A stretch of 61,606 nucleotides of DNA, counting the filler. It is 3 parts of 3 records of this genome, joined end to end, with 100 filler letters (N's around TTAATTAATTAA, not from the genome) between each part and the next. Parts side by side here need not be neighbours in the genome. Positions count along the whole stretch, not along the records: positions 21,353 to 51,265 come from SRR2962707_1054; 2 more parts are not named here. The stretch is one strand, 5' to 3'. Shown piece by piece: positions 32,808-41,759 of the stretch; the stretch's first letter is position 1; each line of letters opens with the position of its first letter. Under the pieces are notes generated by a model. That model did not search any database, was not told the DNA's origin, and was given only the letters and a program-made list of their open reading frames with translations. The translations under genes and the position numbers were made by a program.

Positions 32808-33800
32808 ATGAGTAATGAGAAGTTCTCCCAGAAGATGGGCGACCGGTTGCTGGACCCGGCCAATAACCGGATATGGAAAGGCGCCCTGTGGCTGATCGTG
32901 ATCCTGCTTCTGGTGGACGTACTGCTCGGCTGGTACTGGAGCTGGGAGCCGGATCTCCAGGAAGTGCGGGCGCTCGCCAATGCCCAGCCTGGAGAGGTCA
33001 CTACGCTGGAAGTGATCAACGTGGCCAGTACCCTGCTGGACAAACCGGGCGGTTATCTGAGCAACGACGTGCTGCCGCATCGACTGTGGCTGGATAACAT
33101 GCCGTCCTGGGAGTTCGGCGTGTTGGTGCAGTTACGCGATATGGTGCGGGTGATGCGCCGGGACATGAGCCGCTCCCAGTCCCAGAGTCAGGAAGACCGT
33201 AATCTGGCGATTGCCGAGCCACAGTTCAATTTCGACTCCCGCAGTTGGGCCATGCCCGCCACGGAAAGCGAGTACCGTAGGGGTATCCGCGCGCTGGAGC
33301 GTTACCTGGAGAGCCTGCGCAGTGGCGATGGCCGGTTCTACGCCCGGGCCGACAACCTGAATTCCTGGCTCAACGAAGTACAGAACCGGCTTGGCGCCCT
33401 CAGCCAGGACCTCAGCCGCAGCGTCGGGCGCACCACGCTGGACACCGAGGAAAATACCCCGGTGACTCAGCTGGACAGCAAGGAACGGGTGGTGAAAACC
33501 CCGTGGATGAAAATCGATAACGTTTTTTATGAAGCGAGAGGGGCGTCCTGGGCACTGGTGCAACTGATGCGGGCGCTGGAAGTGGATTTCGCCGACGTGC
33601 TACGCAAGAAGAACGCCACGGTCAGTTTCCGGCAGATGGTGCGTGAACTGGAAGCGACCCAGGAAACCCTGTGGAGCCCAATGGTTCTGAACGGCTCAGG
33701 CTTCGGCATCTTCGCCAACCATTCCCTGGTCATGGCCAACTACCTGTCCCGCGCCAACGCTTCCCTGATTGATCTTCGGAAGTTGCTGCAGGAGGGGTAG
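32808..33800 (+). CDS. DUF2333-family protein
   Basis: N-terminal TM, LLDKPGGYLSND, DNMPSWEFG, ANHSLVMANY. Confidence 0.88.
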   Translation: MSNEKFSQKMGDRLLDPANNRIWKGALWLIVILLLVDVLLGWYWSWEPDLQEVRALANAQPGEVTTLEVINVASTLLDKPGGYLSNDVLPHRLWLDNMPSWEFGVLVQLRDMVRVMRRDMSRSQSQSQEDRNLAIAEPQFNFDSRSWAMPATESEYRRGIRALERYLESLRSGDGRFYARADNLNSWLNEVQNRLGALSQDLSRSVGRTTLDTEENTPVTQLDSKERVVKTPWMKIDNVFYEARGASWALVQLMRALEVDFADVLRKKNATVSFRQMVRELEATQETLWSPMVLNGSGFGIFANHSLVMANYLSRANASLIDLRKLLQEG

Positions 33801-33802
33801 GA

Positions 33803-33839
33803 AAAGCAGGGAACAGTTAATAATGAATAGTTAATAGCG
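33803..33839 (+). repeat. Heptamer array, inverted relative to the two downstream copies
   Basis: AAAGCAG GGAACAG TTAATAA TGAATAG TTAATAG CG. Confidence 0.85.
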
Positions 33840-33928
33840 AAGAAAAAGGTTTGCGGTTCCGCAAGGCGTGTTTGTGTATCCGCAACTTTCTCTGAGAAAC
33901 CTGTTTGATGGTTTTTCCTGAAAACAAA

Positions 33929-34028
33929 GAGGCCGCGCCCAGCCCTTGGACGCGGCCTCTTTGCTGTCCGATCAACCTTTCTTGTCTCGCGCGCTATTCA
34001 CTGTTCACTATTAACTATTCACTGCTTT
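33929..34028. repeat. 100-bp direct repeat copy 1 (GC hairpin plus heptamer array)
   Basis: 81/100 ungapped identity to 36131-36230 by hand count; 13-bp perfect stem 33925-33937/33951-33963. Confidence 0.9.
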
Positions 34029-34761
34029 TTTTTGTTCCGAGAAAGCCGGCGAAGTTATACCACTTGAAAAACACGTCCACGTTGTCCAGGCCGGCGCGGG
34101 AGAGGATTTTGAGGTTCTCGTCCAGGCGGTAGGGGATCAGGACGTTTTCCAGGGCCTCGCGTTTTTGCGCGATTTCGGTTTCCGAATAGCCGTTGCGCTT
34201 CTTCATGTCGTAATAGAGCTTGATCCACAGACGGTTGAGGAAGGCGTCGTTGCCCAGCACTTTTTCCACCAGAATCAAGGTGCCGCCGGGTCTTAGTCCC
34301 GAGACGATTGAGTACAGCAGGGCTTCGCGATTGAGCGGGCGCACGAATTGCAGGGTGAGATTGAGCACCACCACCGAGGCGTCTTGTACCTGGACGCCCT
34401 CATTGAGATCGGCGTATTCCAGACGCACACGGCCAGACAGGCATTGCTCGGCCAGATTGTGCCGGGCCCGTTCCAGCATCGCCGGGGAGTAATCGCAGCC
34501 CACCAGTTCCACACCCGGCGCCACGGTTTGATCCAGCGTTTTCAAGGTGATGCCGGTGGAGCAACCCAGGTCGTAGATGCGGGAGCCCGGCACCGCGAAT
34601 TCCCGGGCCAGTTCCCCGATCATCCGCTGTTGCTCCCAATATTGAGGGATGCTGCGATCGAGCATGTCGTCGAAAACGGCGGCGGTGTCCTCGCCGAAAT
34701 CGAAATCGCTGATTGCCTGTTCCTCGGCGGCGAAGAGACGGTCCTTTTTTTGGGATGTCAT
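34015..34761 (-). CDS. cmoA: Carboxy-S-adenosyl-L-methionine synthase
   Basis: VFDDMLDRSIPQY, YDLGCSTG, LNLTLQF, NGYSETEIAQKREALENVL, KWYNF. Confidence 0.9.
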   Translation of the reverse strand: MTSQKKDRLFAAEEQAISDFDFGEDTAAVFDDMLDRSIPQYWEQQRMIGELAREFAVPGSRIYDLGCSTGITLKTLDQTVAPGVELVGCDYSPAMLERARHNLAEQCLSGRVRLEYADLNEGVQVQDASVVVLNLTLQFVRPLNREALLYSIVSGLRPGGTLILVEKVLGNDAFLNRLWIKLYYDMKKRNGYSETEIAQKREALENVLIPYRLDENLKILSRAGLDNVDVFFKWYNFAGFLGTKKSSE

Positions 34762-34981
34762 AAAGTTGTCCCCGAAATCAACCAGGATCGGTGGTCATTG
34801 CCTTGGTTCTGATGCGCTGGCGCATGCCGTCTCCCTGGAGTATCCCGCAGGATCATGACAGTTGTGTTGATTTCGGGGCCACGGCTGGAATCCAGGGCGT
34901 GCGCGGAAAGAGGGTATTCCGCGCGGTACACACCCAATTGATGCGATAGTCGAACGGGAGGGCCTCTTGTCCAAAACCTCG

Positions 34982-36115
34982 ATGCATAAGTATAAGTGGG
35001 AAAAATACCTTCCTATCCGGCGCACCAAACTGCGCAGCTATCTGGTGGGGGGCGGCGTGCTGCTCGGCCTGGCGGGGCTCAATACCATGGCGGCGTTGCC
35101 GTTTTCGGTGGGCGCGGTGTTCATGGCCCTGGCGGCCTGGCTGCACGTTTGGGCGAAAGGGCATTTGGATAAGAACGCCACTCTGACCCGGTCCGGTCCT
35201 TACCGCTGGGTCCGCGACCCATTTCATCTGTCCAATTTTTTCATGGACCTGGGGCTGTGCCTGATCATCAATAACGGGGTATTCACCTTGGTGATGATGA
35301 CGTTCTGGGTCATCGCCTATCGGCACCGGTTATGGGAGGAGGATCAGCAACTGGTGGAGATTTTTGGTGACGAGTACCTGGATTACCGCGCCCGGATTCC
35401 ACGCATGATTCCCTACAGGCCGCCGATGGAAAAGAAGTACGACAAACCTTTCTCGGTCAGGCACGCGCCGATCTACCGGGGCAGCGTCTGCACCCGGCTA
35501 TTCCGGCTCGCCTCTTATCCTTATTTATTTTTTGTTGCCGCGGAGATCGGTCAGAAAGGCACCGACCTGCTTGCGGCGCAAGAGCATCCCGCTTTTTACT
35601 GGGCTCTGACGGGCTTTCTGTTCTTCCACTTCCTGTCCCGAGCGGCGGGTGAGATCACTAAAAGGCGAGCCTCCATCTTGCCGCTGTGGACGTTGCGTCA
35701 TCCGGCCCGGGGCGTGATCGTGTCGATAATGGTGGCGGCGCTGCTGGCGGTGGACATGTTGTGGTCCGGACCGCGCATTCTGGAATGGCATCTGGACGGA
35801 GGGCAGTGGCTGATTTTGTTGGTGGCGGCGATGTTATTGGTGGCGACGCTGCGCGGGCTCTGGCACAGCGTGCGCTTTCGCCGTCTGATCGAGGGCACCG
35901 CTCTGGTCGTGGCCTGGTTGTTCACCCCGGTGCCGTGGCTGGCGCTGGTGCCGGCCTGTTATTTCTCCGCCGCCTTTCTGTACGGTGATCCGGACCAGCC
36001 CGAGGCCGATGTGGACCATGTCTTTCTGGCCACGAAAACCGACGGCGCGGCGTTGGCGGCACTGGGGTTGTGGATGCCACTGATACTGATCGGTCTACCC
36101 GCCACCTGGTTCTAG
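34982..36115 (+). CDS. ICMT/PEMT-fold membrane transferase with long hydrophobic C-terminal extension
   Basis: WAKGHL..LTRSGPYRWVRDPFH and EEDQQLVEIFGDEYLDYRARIPR; additional C-terminal TM segments. Confidence 0.8.
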   Translation: MHKYKWEKYLPIRRTKLRSYLVGGGVLLGLAGLNTMAALPFSVGAVFMALAAWLHVWAKGHLDKNATLTRSGPYRWVRDPFHLSNFFMDLGLCLIINNGVFTLVMMTFWVIAYRHRLWEEDQQLVEIFGDEYLDYRARIPRMIPYRPPMEKKYDKPFSVRHAPIYRGSVCTRLFRLASYPYLFFVAAEIGQKGTDLLAAQEHPAFYWALTGFLFFHFLSRAAGEITKRRASILPLWTLRHPARGVIVSIMVAALLAVDMLWSGPRILEWHLDGGQWLILLVAAMLLVATLRGLWHSVRFRRLIEGTALVVAWLFTPVPWLALVPACYFSAAFLYGDPDQPEADVDHVFLATKTDGAALAALGLWMPLILIGLPATWF

Positions 36116-36130
36116 GACGTTCCATAAGAC

Positions 36131-36230
36131 GGGGCCGCGCCCAAGGCTAGGGCGCGGCCTCCATGCTTTCGGATGAACCTGTCCTGTCTCGCGCGCTGTT
36201 AACTATTCCCTGTTAACTATTAACTGCTTT
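36131..36230. repeat. 100-bp direct repeat copy 2
   Basis: GGGGCCGCGCCC..GGGCGCGGCCTC hairpin, then TGTCTCGCGCG and CTGTTAA CTATTCC CTGTTAA CTATTAA CTGCTTT. Confidence 0.9.
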
Positions 36231-37090
36231 CACGCCACCGAACTGACCGCCGGCTCCGGCAGGGTGTCACGCCATTTCGCCACCAGATCGGTGTTGTCGT
36301 CGTCCCAGGGATGGAAGCGCGGGCTCAGATAGCGGAACCAGGCCGGTACGGTGGAGCTGATCACGCCCCGGTAACCGAACAGACGCCACAGGCCCTTGGC
36401 CAGCGTCAGCGGTTGCCGGTGGACGCCGTCCTGCTTCAGAAACTGCCAGGTGAAATAGCTGGTGAAGGTAATCAGATAGGCGGTGCTGATCAGGAAGGCG
36501 CGTTGGCGCTGCCAGTAGTCGCCGTCCACATCCTGGTACAGATCGAAGGCCACGGCCTTGTGTTCGGTTTCCTCGATGGCGTGCCAGACCCACAAGGGGC
36601 GCACGGAAGGATCCATGCTCTCGATCACGTCCTTGTGGCTGAGAATGGTGTCGGCGAGGATCGCGGTGATGTGTTCCAGACCGGCGGTGGCGGCCAGTTG
36701 TCGCTCTGGCGGCAAATGCTTGCGGGCGCCGGCCAGCAGCTTCTGCGTGACGTTCAGGGCGCGTTCGACCAGCGCATCGTAACCCTGTCCCGCCACCAGA
36801 TCGTTGAAGGCCTTGTGCTCCAGGGAATGCATCGCCTCCTGGCCAATGAAGCCGGAGATGTCCTTCTGCCGTTGCGGGTCGTCGACGCGGTCGCGGAAGG
36901 CGCGTACCGCGTCCACGAAAAAGCGTTCGCCATCAGGAAAGGTGATGGAAAGGACGTTGAGAAGATGGGTGGCCACCGGATCATCGCCATACCAATAGCC
37001 GGCTTTCTCCAGACCTATGAAATCGAAGTTCATGCGCCGCACCTTGATCGGCTGGCGTGATTCGCTACGTCGACGGGAAAACAATCGCAT
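36230..37090 (-). CDS. Predicted metal-dependent hydrolase (PF10118-like)
   Basis: FPDGERFFV, FIGQEAMHSLEH, WHAIEETEHKAVAFD, FHPW; start at ATG 37090. Confidence 0.9.
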   Translation of the reverse strand: MRLFSRRRSESRQPIKVRRMNFDFIGLEKAGYWYGDDPVATHLLNVLSITFPDGERFFVDAVRAFRDRVDDPQRQKDISGFIGQEAMHSLEHKAFNDLVAGQGYDALVERALNVTQKLLAGARKHLPPERQLAATAGLEHITAILADTILSHKDVIESMDPSVRPLWVWHAIEETEHKAVAFDLYQDVDGDYWQRQRAFLISTAYLITFTSYFTWQFLKQDGVHRQPLTLAKGLWRLFGYRGVISSTVPAWFRYLSPRFHPWDDDNTDLVAKWRDTLPEPAVSSVA

Positions 37091-37177
37091 CGGGCTCTCC
37101 TGGCGATTCTGCCAATGTTGAATGTCCGTCAATATGCTCCAGTAGCGGTGGCGGGTCTTGTCGTGGAGGGCCAACCT

Positions 37178-38209
37178 GTGGTGACTTTGGGCCGTGCCTG
37201 GTTCGATGCCGGTATCCCCGGCATCTATGTGGTGCTGTTGTGTGATGTGATGAAAGGGCTGGGCAAGGACCCCGCCGCTTTGCTGGGCGGTGTGGGCGAA
37301 AGCCGCGAGCAGTTGCTGGCGCCGCAGAGCCGGGTGCCGCTGGAGCTGGCCCAGCGTTGCGCCGAGCAGGCCCTGGATATGGCCGGCTCCGCCGGGCTGG
37401 GGTTCCGCTATGCCCGGGCCATGCGCATTACTCTGCATGGTCCGGTGGGGCTGCTGGCGCTGTCCAGTGCCACTCTCGGCGATGGTCTCGATGCCGCGCG
37501 GCGCTACCTGGGGCTGCGGGCGCCGTTCTGGCACATGGACCGGCGCGAGGAGAATGGCCGGGTGATTTTCCCTCTGGTGGCCAATGCCGATCCGGGAAGG
37601 ATTCATGCCTTCGTGGTGGAGGCCATGCTGGTGGGATTCATCCACATGCTGGAACAGTTGCTGGAAGCGGTGCCGGAGGGGGCACAGCTGCACTTCCGGC
37701 AACCGCCGCCGCCCCATGCCATGGCGTTGAGGGGGGACGTGCCGGTGCCGGTCCGCTTCAATCAGGATGAGGACGCGCTGGTTTTGCCGCGAGCGCTGCT
37801 GTCGGTGGCGCCACTGTTGGCGGATCCACAGACCGCGGCCCTGGCGCGGGAACAATGCGAGGCAGAGGTCAGCCGCTGGCGTTCGGAACAGGAGGGGCCC
37901 CTGGCCGAGCGGGTGAGGGTGGTGCTGCGTGATACGCCGGCGCCATTACCGGACCTGGCGGCCATGGCGGAACGCATGGCGGTGTCGGCAAGGACGCTGA
38001 AACGGCATCTCCAACAGGCAGGGTCAAGCTATCGGCAAGTCCAGGACGCAGTGCTTTACGAACGGGCGCGGGCGCTGCTCAAGGATCGCCATCAGCGGGT
38101 CAGTGATGTGGCCTATGCGTTGGGCTACAACGACGTGGCGAACTTTTCCCGGGCGTTCAAACGCTGGAGCGGGGAGACGCCGAAACAGTACCGGAACGGT
38201 AGACACTGA
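37178..38209 (+). CDS. AraC-family transcriptional regulator
   Basis: HGPVGL ligand-binding domain; SARTLKRHL and LGYNDVANFSRAFKRWSG HTH; GGAGG before GTG 37178. Confidence 0.92.
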   Translation: MVTLGRAWFDAGIPGIYVVLLCDVMKGLGKDPAALLGGVGESREQLLAPQSRVPLELAQRCAEQALDMAGSAGLGFRYARAMRITLHGPVGLLALSSATLGDGLDAARRYLGLRAPFWHMDRREENGRVIFPLVANADPGRIHAFVVEAMLVGFIHMLEQLLEAVPEGAQLHFRQPPPPHAMALRGDVPVPVRFNQDEDALVLPRALLSVAPLLADPQTAALAREQCEAEVSRWRSEQEGPLAERVRVVLRDTPAPLPDLAAMAERMAVSARTLKRHLQQAGSSYRQVQDAVLYERARALLKDRHQRVSDVAYALGYNDVANFSRAFKRWSGETPKQYRNGRH

Positions 38210-38305
38210 CACCATCCTGGCGGCGACCCTGCAATCGAATGACCAGCCCTCGAACCGATCCCCTTTTCGCGTGGTCCAAAAGGAAGGAAAAAGGGGTAAA
38301 GCGGA

Positions 38306-38983
38306 ATGCGAATTCTTCTCGTGGAAGACGACGAATTACTGGCTGACGGGTTGGTGAGGGCATTGCGGCATGACGGCTACACCGTGGATCACATCGGACG
38401 CGGTGATCTGGTTTCGTCGGCGGTCGCGGATGGGCACTTTGATGCGGTGTTGCTGGACCTGGGGTTGCCTGGCGAGGATGGATTGAGCGCCTTGAAGCGA
38501 TTGCGCGAACGCCGGGACCCGGTGCCGGTGATCATTATCAGCGCACGGGACAGGCTCGATGATCGCATTCTCGGGTTGGATGCCGGTGCCGACGACTATC
38601 TGATCAAGCCCTTTTCGGTGGACGAACTGAGAGCCCGTCTGCGTGCCCGTCTTCGCCGTGGTAGTGAGCCGGCACGTACCGTATTGCGAGCGGGTACCCT
38701 GACTATCGATCCGGACGCGATGACGGTGCAGCGGGACGGGGAACTGCTCCATCTGCCGAGGAGGGAGATGGCGTTACTGATGGAACTGGCCAGGCAACCC
38801 GGGCGGGTATTCGGCCGCGATTACCTGGAGCAGGCGCTGTATGGGTGGAGTGACGAAGTGGAAAGCAATGCGCTCGAAGTACATGTGCATCATCTGAGGC
38901 GCAAATTGGGAAACAGCCTGATTCGCACCGTGCGTGGCGTGGGCTATGCTCTCGCTCTTCCTGATGACAGTGACCGCGCCTGA
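38306..38983 (+). CDS. OmpR-family response regulator (QseB/PmrA-like)
   Basis: MRILLVEDD, LLDLGLP, GADDYLIKPF, SNALEVHVHHLRRK. Confidence 0.95.
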   Translation: MRILLVEDDELLADGLVRALRHDGYTVDHIGRGDLVSSAVADGHFDAVLLDLGLPGEDGLSALKRLRERRDPVPVIIISARDRLDDRILGLDAGADDYLIKPFSVDELRARLRARLRRGSEPARTVLRAGTLTIDPDAMTVQRDGELLHLPRREMALLMELARQPGRVFGRDYLEQALYGWSDEVESNALEVHVHHLRRKLGNSLIRTVRGVGYALALPDDSDRA

Positions 38984-40317
38984 TGTTTTCCATTCGCCGC
39001 TTCCTGATGACGACGCTGATTGCCCTGATCCTGGGCAGCGGAATGCTGCTGGTGTGGGGGACCTATCGAACGCTCTATCATGAAATGGATGAGCAATACG
39101 ACGCGGAGCTGGTGCAAAGTGGCCGTCTGATGGCGGCATTCTGGCGGGATGGCCATCCCCCGCAACCGGAGATCGCCCAGCTTGAACCCCGTGAACACCG
39201 CTATCAACGATATTTCGTTTATCAGCTTTGGCGTGACGAAGAACTGATCCTGGCTAGCAGTGGTGCACCGGAGCGTGCTCTGCTGCCTCTGGACAATCCG
39301 GAGGAAGGAGGCAGGTATCGGGAGACAGGTGGCTGGCATGCCTACGCATTGCCGTTGTCCGGCGGTCGTTGGGTGGTGGTGGCGGAGAGCGACAAGGCAC
39401 GCCGCTCGCTGGTGTCCAATACCGCCATCACATTGTTGACGCCCTATGTATTGACCGTCCCGGTGATCCTGCTGCTGGTGTGGCTGGCGATTCGCCGGGG
39501 GTTGGGGCCTCTGACCCGCCTGGCGAGGTCCGTGGAGAGTCGGGACGCGGATAACATGGCGCCGATTCGTCAACGACCGGTTCGGGAGTTGGCGCCGCTC
39601 ACCGACGCGATAAACACACTTCTGGCACGCCTGGTGAACACCCTGGAACGGGAAAAGCGATTTACCGCTGACGCCGCTCATGAATTGCGGACACTGCTGA
39701 TGGCGCTCCGGCTCCACGCTGATAACGCGACTGAGCTGAATGATCCGGCGGATGTGGCGGCTTCCATGACCCAACTGAGAAAAGCGGTGGACCGGGCGGC
39801 AAGAACCGTCGAACAATTACTGCTTCTGGCACGTCTGGACCCGCAATCGGTGTCGGCGCAACAGCATTGTGATGCGGTTGCCGTGGCGAGGGACTGTGTG
39901 GCGCTGGTGGCTCCCCTCGCGGAACAGCAGGGGCAAACAGTGACGCTTAAGGCGCCGCCACAGGCCTGGTTGGGGTTGCCCGCGGAAACGGCGGACATGT
40001 TGATGCGTAACCTGTTGGACAACGCCTGCCGTTACTCTCCCCCCGGCACCGACGTTACCGTGGATATCAGCGAGGGCGACGGGAATGTCAGGATCGAGAT
40101 CAGCGATGGCGGTCCGGGGCTTACCGAGGAACAGCAGCGTCGCTTCAGCGGACGCTTCAGTCGCGGACGGCAGGATGTCCCCGGGGCCGGTCTGGGACTG
40201 TCCATTGTCGAACGCATTCTCTCCATCCATGGGGGCGCGTTGCGATTTCGTCTGCGCTCATCCGAGCGGCCGGCCGCCGCCGTGCTGACATTGCCGGCCG
40301 CCGGTGGTTCCCGTTGA
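38983..40317 (+). CDS. Sensor histidine kinase (QseC/PmrB-like)
   Basis: Two TM helices, FTADAAHELRT, NLLDNA, DGGPG, GLGLSIV. Confidence 0.95.
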   Translation: MFSIRRFLMTTLIALILGSGMLLVWGTYRTLYHEMDEQYDAELVQSGRLMAAFWRDGHPPQPEIAQLEPREHRYQRYFVYQLWRDEELILASSGAPERALLPLDNPEEGGRYRETGGWHAYALPLSGGRWVVVAESDKARRSLVSNTAITLLTPYVLTVPVILLLVWLAIRRGLGPLTRLARSVESRDADNMAPIRQRPVRELAPLTDAINTLLARLVNTLEREKRFTADAAHELRTLLMALRLHADNATELNDPADVAASMTQLRKAVDRAARTVEQLLLLARLDPQSVSAQQHCDAVAVARDCVALVAPLAEQQGQTVTLKAPPQAWLGLPAETADMLMRNLLDNACRYSPPGTDVTVDISEGDGNVRIEISDGGPGLTEEQQRRFSGRFSRGRQDVPGAGLGLSIVERILSIHGGALRFRLRSSERPAAAVLTLPAAGGSR

Positions 40318-40965
40318 CTACTCGTCCAATGATGTCAGCTTCGCCTGAATTTCGCCGCGCCGGCCTTCGTCGGCGAGGGGGCGCCGCGGTCTGGCCGGAG
40401 CCTGTAACGCGGTGTTGAAGTAACGGCGGGCGCCGGCCTTGTCTCCCTGATCAAGCAGAAAGTCAGCGTAGAAATAATTGCTGTCGATGCCATTCGGATT
40501 GATCTCCAAGGCGCGCGTCAGCAATTCCCGGGCCTTGTCATCATCGCCAAAACCCACCGGCCAGCCCGGAACCTGGTAATAGAGGGAGCCGAGCGAGGTC
40601 AGGGCGGAGCCGTCCAGGCTGGTCGGATCCTCGGCGATGGCGGCTTCGAATTGTTTGCGCGCTTTCTTGACCAGCGATAGCGCTCCTAGACCGCCTTTGG
40701 CGCCGGCCCAGGTGCTGAGTACGATGCCATCCCAGATTTTGGCCTCTGGCCGTTGCGGATGATTTTCGACAAAAAGATGGGTTTCGTTCTGTAGCGTTTC
40801 GAACGCTTCGGCGCGTTGATCCTCTGGCAGCTGGTATTGAATTTCCGCCCAGCGTTTCTGGATTGACAGCAACTGATCGTCAAAGGCGTCCGCCCGCGCT
40901 TGCCAGGGAAGCAGGATCGCGAGCAGAAGCAATAGACGTGGGATCACAGAGGACGGGATGGTCAT
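40318..40965 (-). CDS. Exported TPR-like helical protein
   Basis: Signal peptide ending ARA; LGSLYYQVPGWPVGFGD; ALEINPNGID; ATGA overlap with the SDR. Confidence 0.8.
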   Translation of the reverse strand: MTIPSSVIPRLLLLLAILLPWQARADAFDDQLLSIQKRWAEIQYQLPEDQRAEAFETLQNETHLFVENHPQRPEAKIWDGIVLSTWAGAKGGLGALSLVKKARKQFEAAIAEDPTSLDGSALTSLGSLYYQVPGWPVGFGDDDKARELLTRALEINPNGIDSNYFYADFLLDQGDKAGARRYFNTALQAPARPRRPLADEGRRGEIQAKLTSLDE

Positions 40966-41759
40966 GGTGAGGCCGCTCCTTTTTTCAGAAACCGTTGAAT
41001 GATGGGAAGTTGCTTGCGCAGCGCTTTGTCGACCAGGGCCGGCAACAAGGCATTGATGCGGATGAACAGTTTTTCCGGCCAGCCCAGGAAAGTGGTGGCA
41101 CGGCGTCCGCTGAGCGCCGAGATGATGTGCTCGGCGACCTTCTCCGGTGCATCCATGTGGTTGCCCAGTTGATGGTTGAGCGCCTCCACTTCGGAGCCGT
41201 TCATATCGGTACGAGTGGCCCGGGGGGCTACATAGCGGACGCAAAGGCGGGTGTCTGCCAGCTCCCGGCGCAACGCTTCAACGAAGCCACGCAGTCCGAA
41301 CTTGCTGGCACAGTAGGCGCTGTAGCCGGGATAGCCGATGCTGCCGAAAGTGGAACCGACAAACAGCAAGGTACCGCTTCCGCGCCGGTGAAAACCCGGA
41401 AGTAACTCGCGCGCGACGACCATGGCACTGCGTAAATTGACGTCGAGTATTTCCCGCAGGCTGAGGTCATCGTTCCCTTCCGCGGAGACGAATCGATTGA
41501 CGCCGGCGCAATGGATCATGCCATCGGGGAGTCCGTGCCCGGTAATCACCTGCTTCAGCTGCGCGCCGAGATCCTGGGCAGCCAGATCCAGCCTCACCGG
41601 GATGACGCGGGAGCCCCCGGGCCACTGATGAAGCGGCTGCGGTTGACGCACGGCGATGATGACGGTGGCTCCCAGATCCACCAGCCGGTCGAGTACCGCG
41701 CGGCCAATCCCTCCGCTGGCGCCAATCAACAGCCAGGTCTGATCATGCAGGCTGTTCAT
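40962..41759 (-). CDS. Short-chain dehydrogenase/reductase
   Basis: GASGGIG, HCAG, catalytic YCASK. Confidence 0.93.
   Translation of the reverse strand: MNSLHDQTWLLIGASGGIGRAVLDRLVDLGATVIIAVRQPQPLHQWPGGSRVIPVRLDLAAQDLGAQLKQVITGHGLPDGMIHCAGVNRFVSAEGNDDLSLREILDVNLRSAMVVARELLPGFHRRGSGTLLFVGSTFGSIGYPGYSAYCASKFGLRGFVEALRRELADTRLCVRYVAPRATRTDMNGSEVEALNHQLGNHMDAPEKVAEHIISALSGRRATTFLGWPEKLFIRINALLPALVDKALRKQLPIIQRFLKKGAASP

Noticed and set aside
33803-36230. Repeats as a CRISPR array or integron attC sites
   Set aside because: No regular repeat-spacer period and no cas or intI gene; the two enclosed genes are divergent and I could not identify RYYYAAC/GTTRRRY ends framing the element
37091-37855. 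N-terminal extension making the hydrolase a 541-aa fusion
   Set aside because: The extension is antisense to the AraC gene; family motifs begin after ATG 37090
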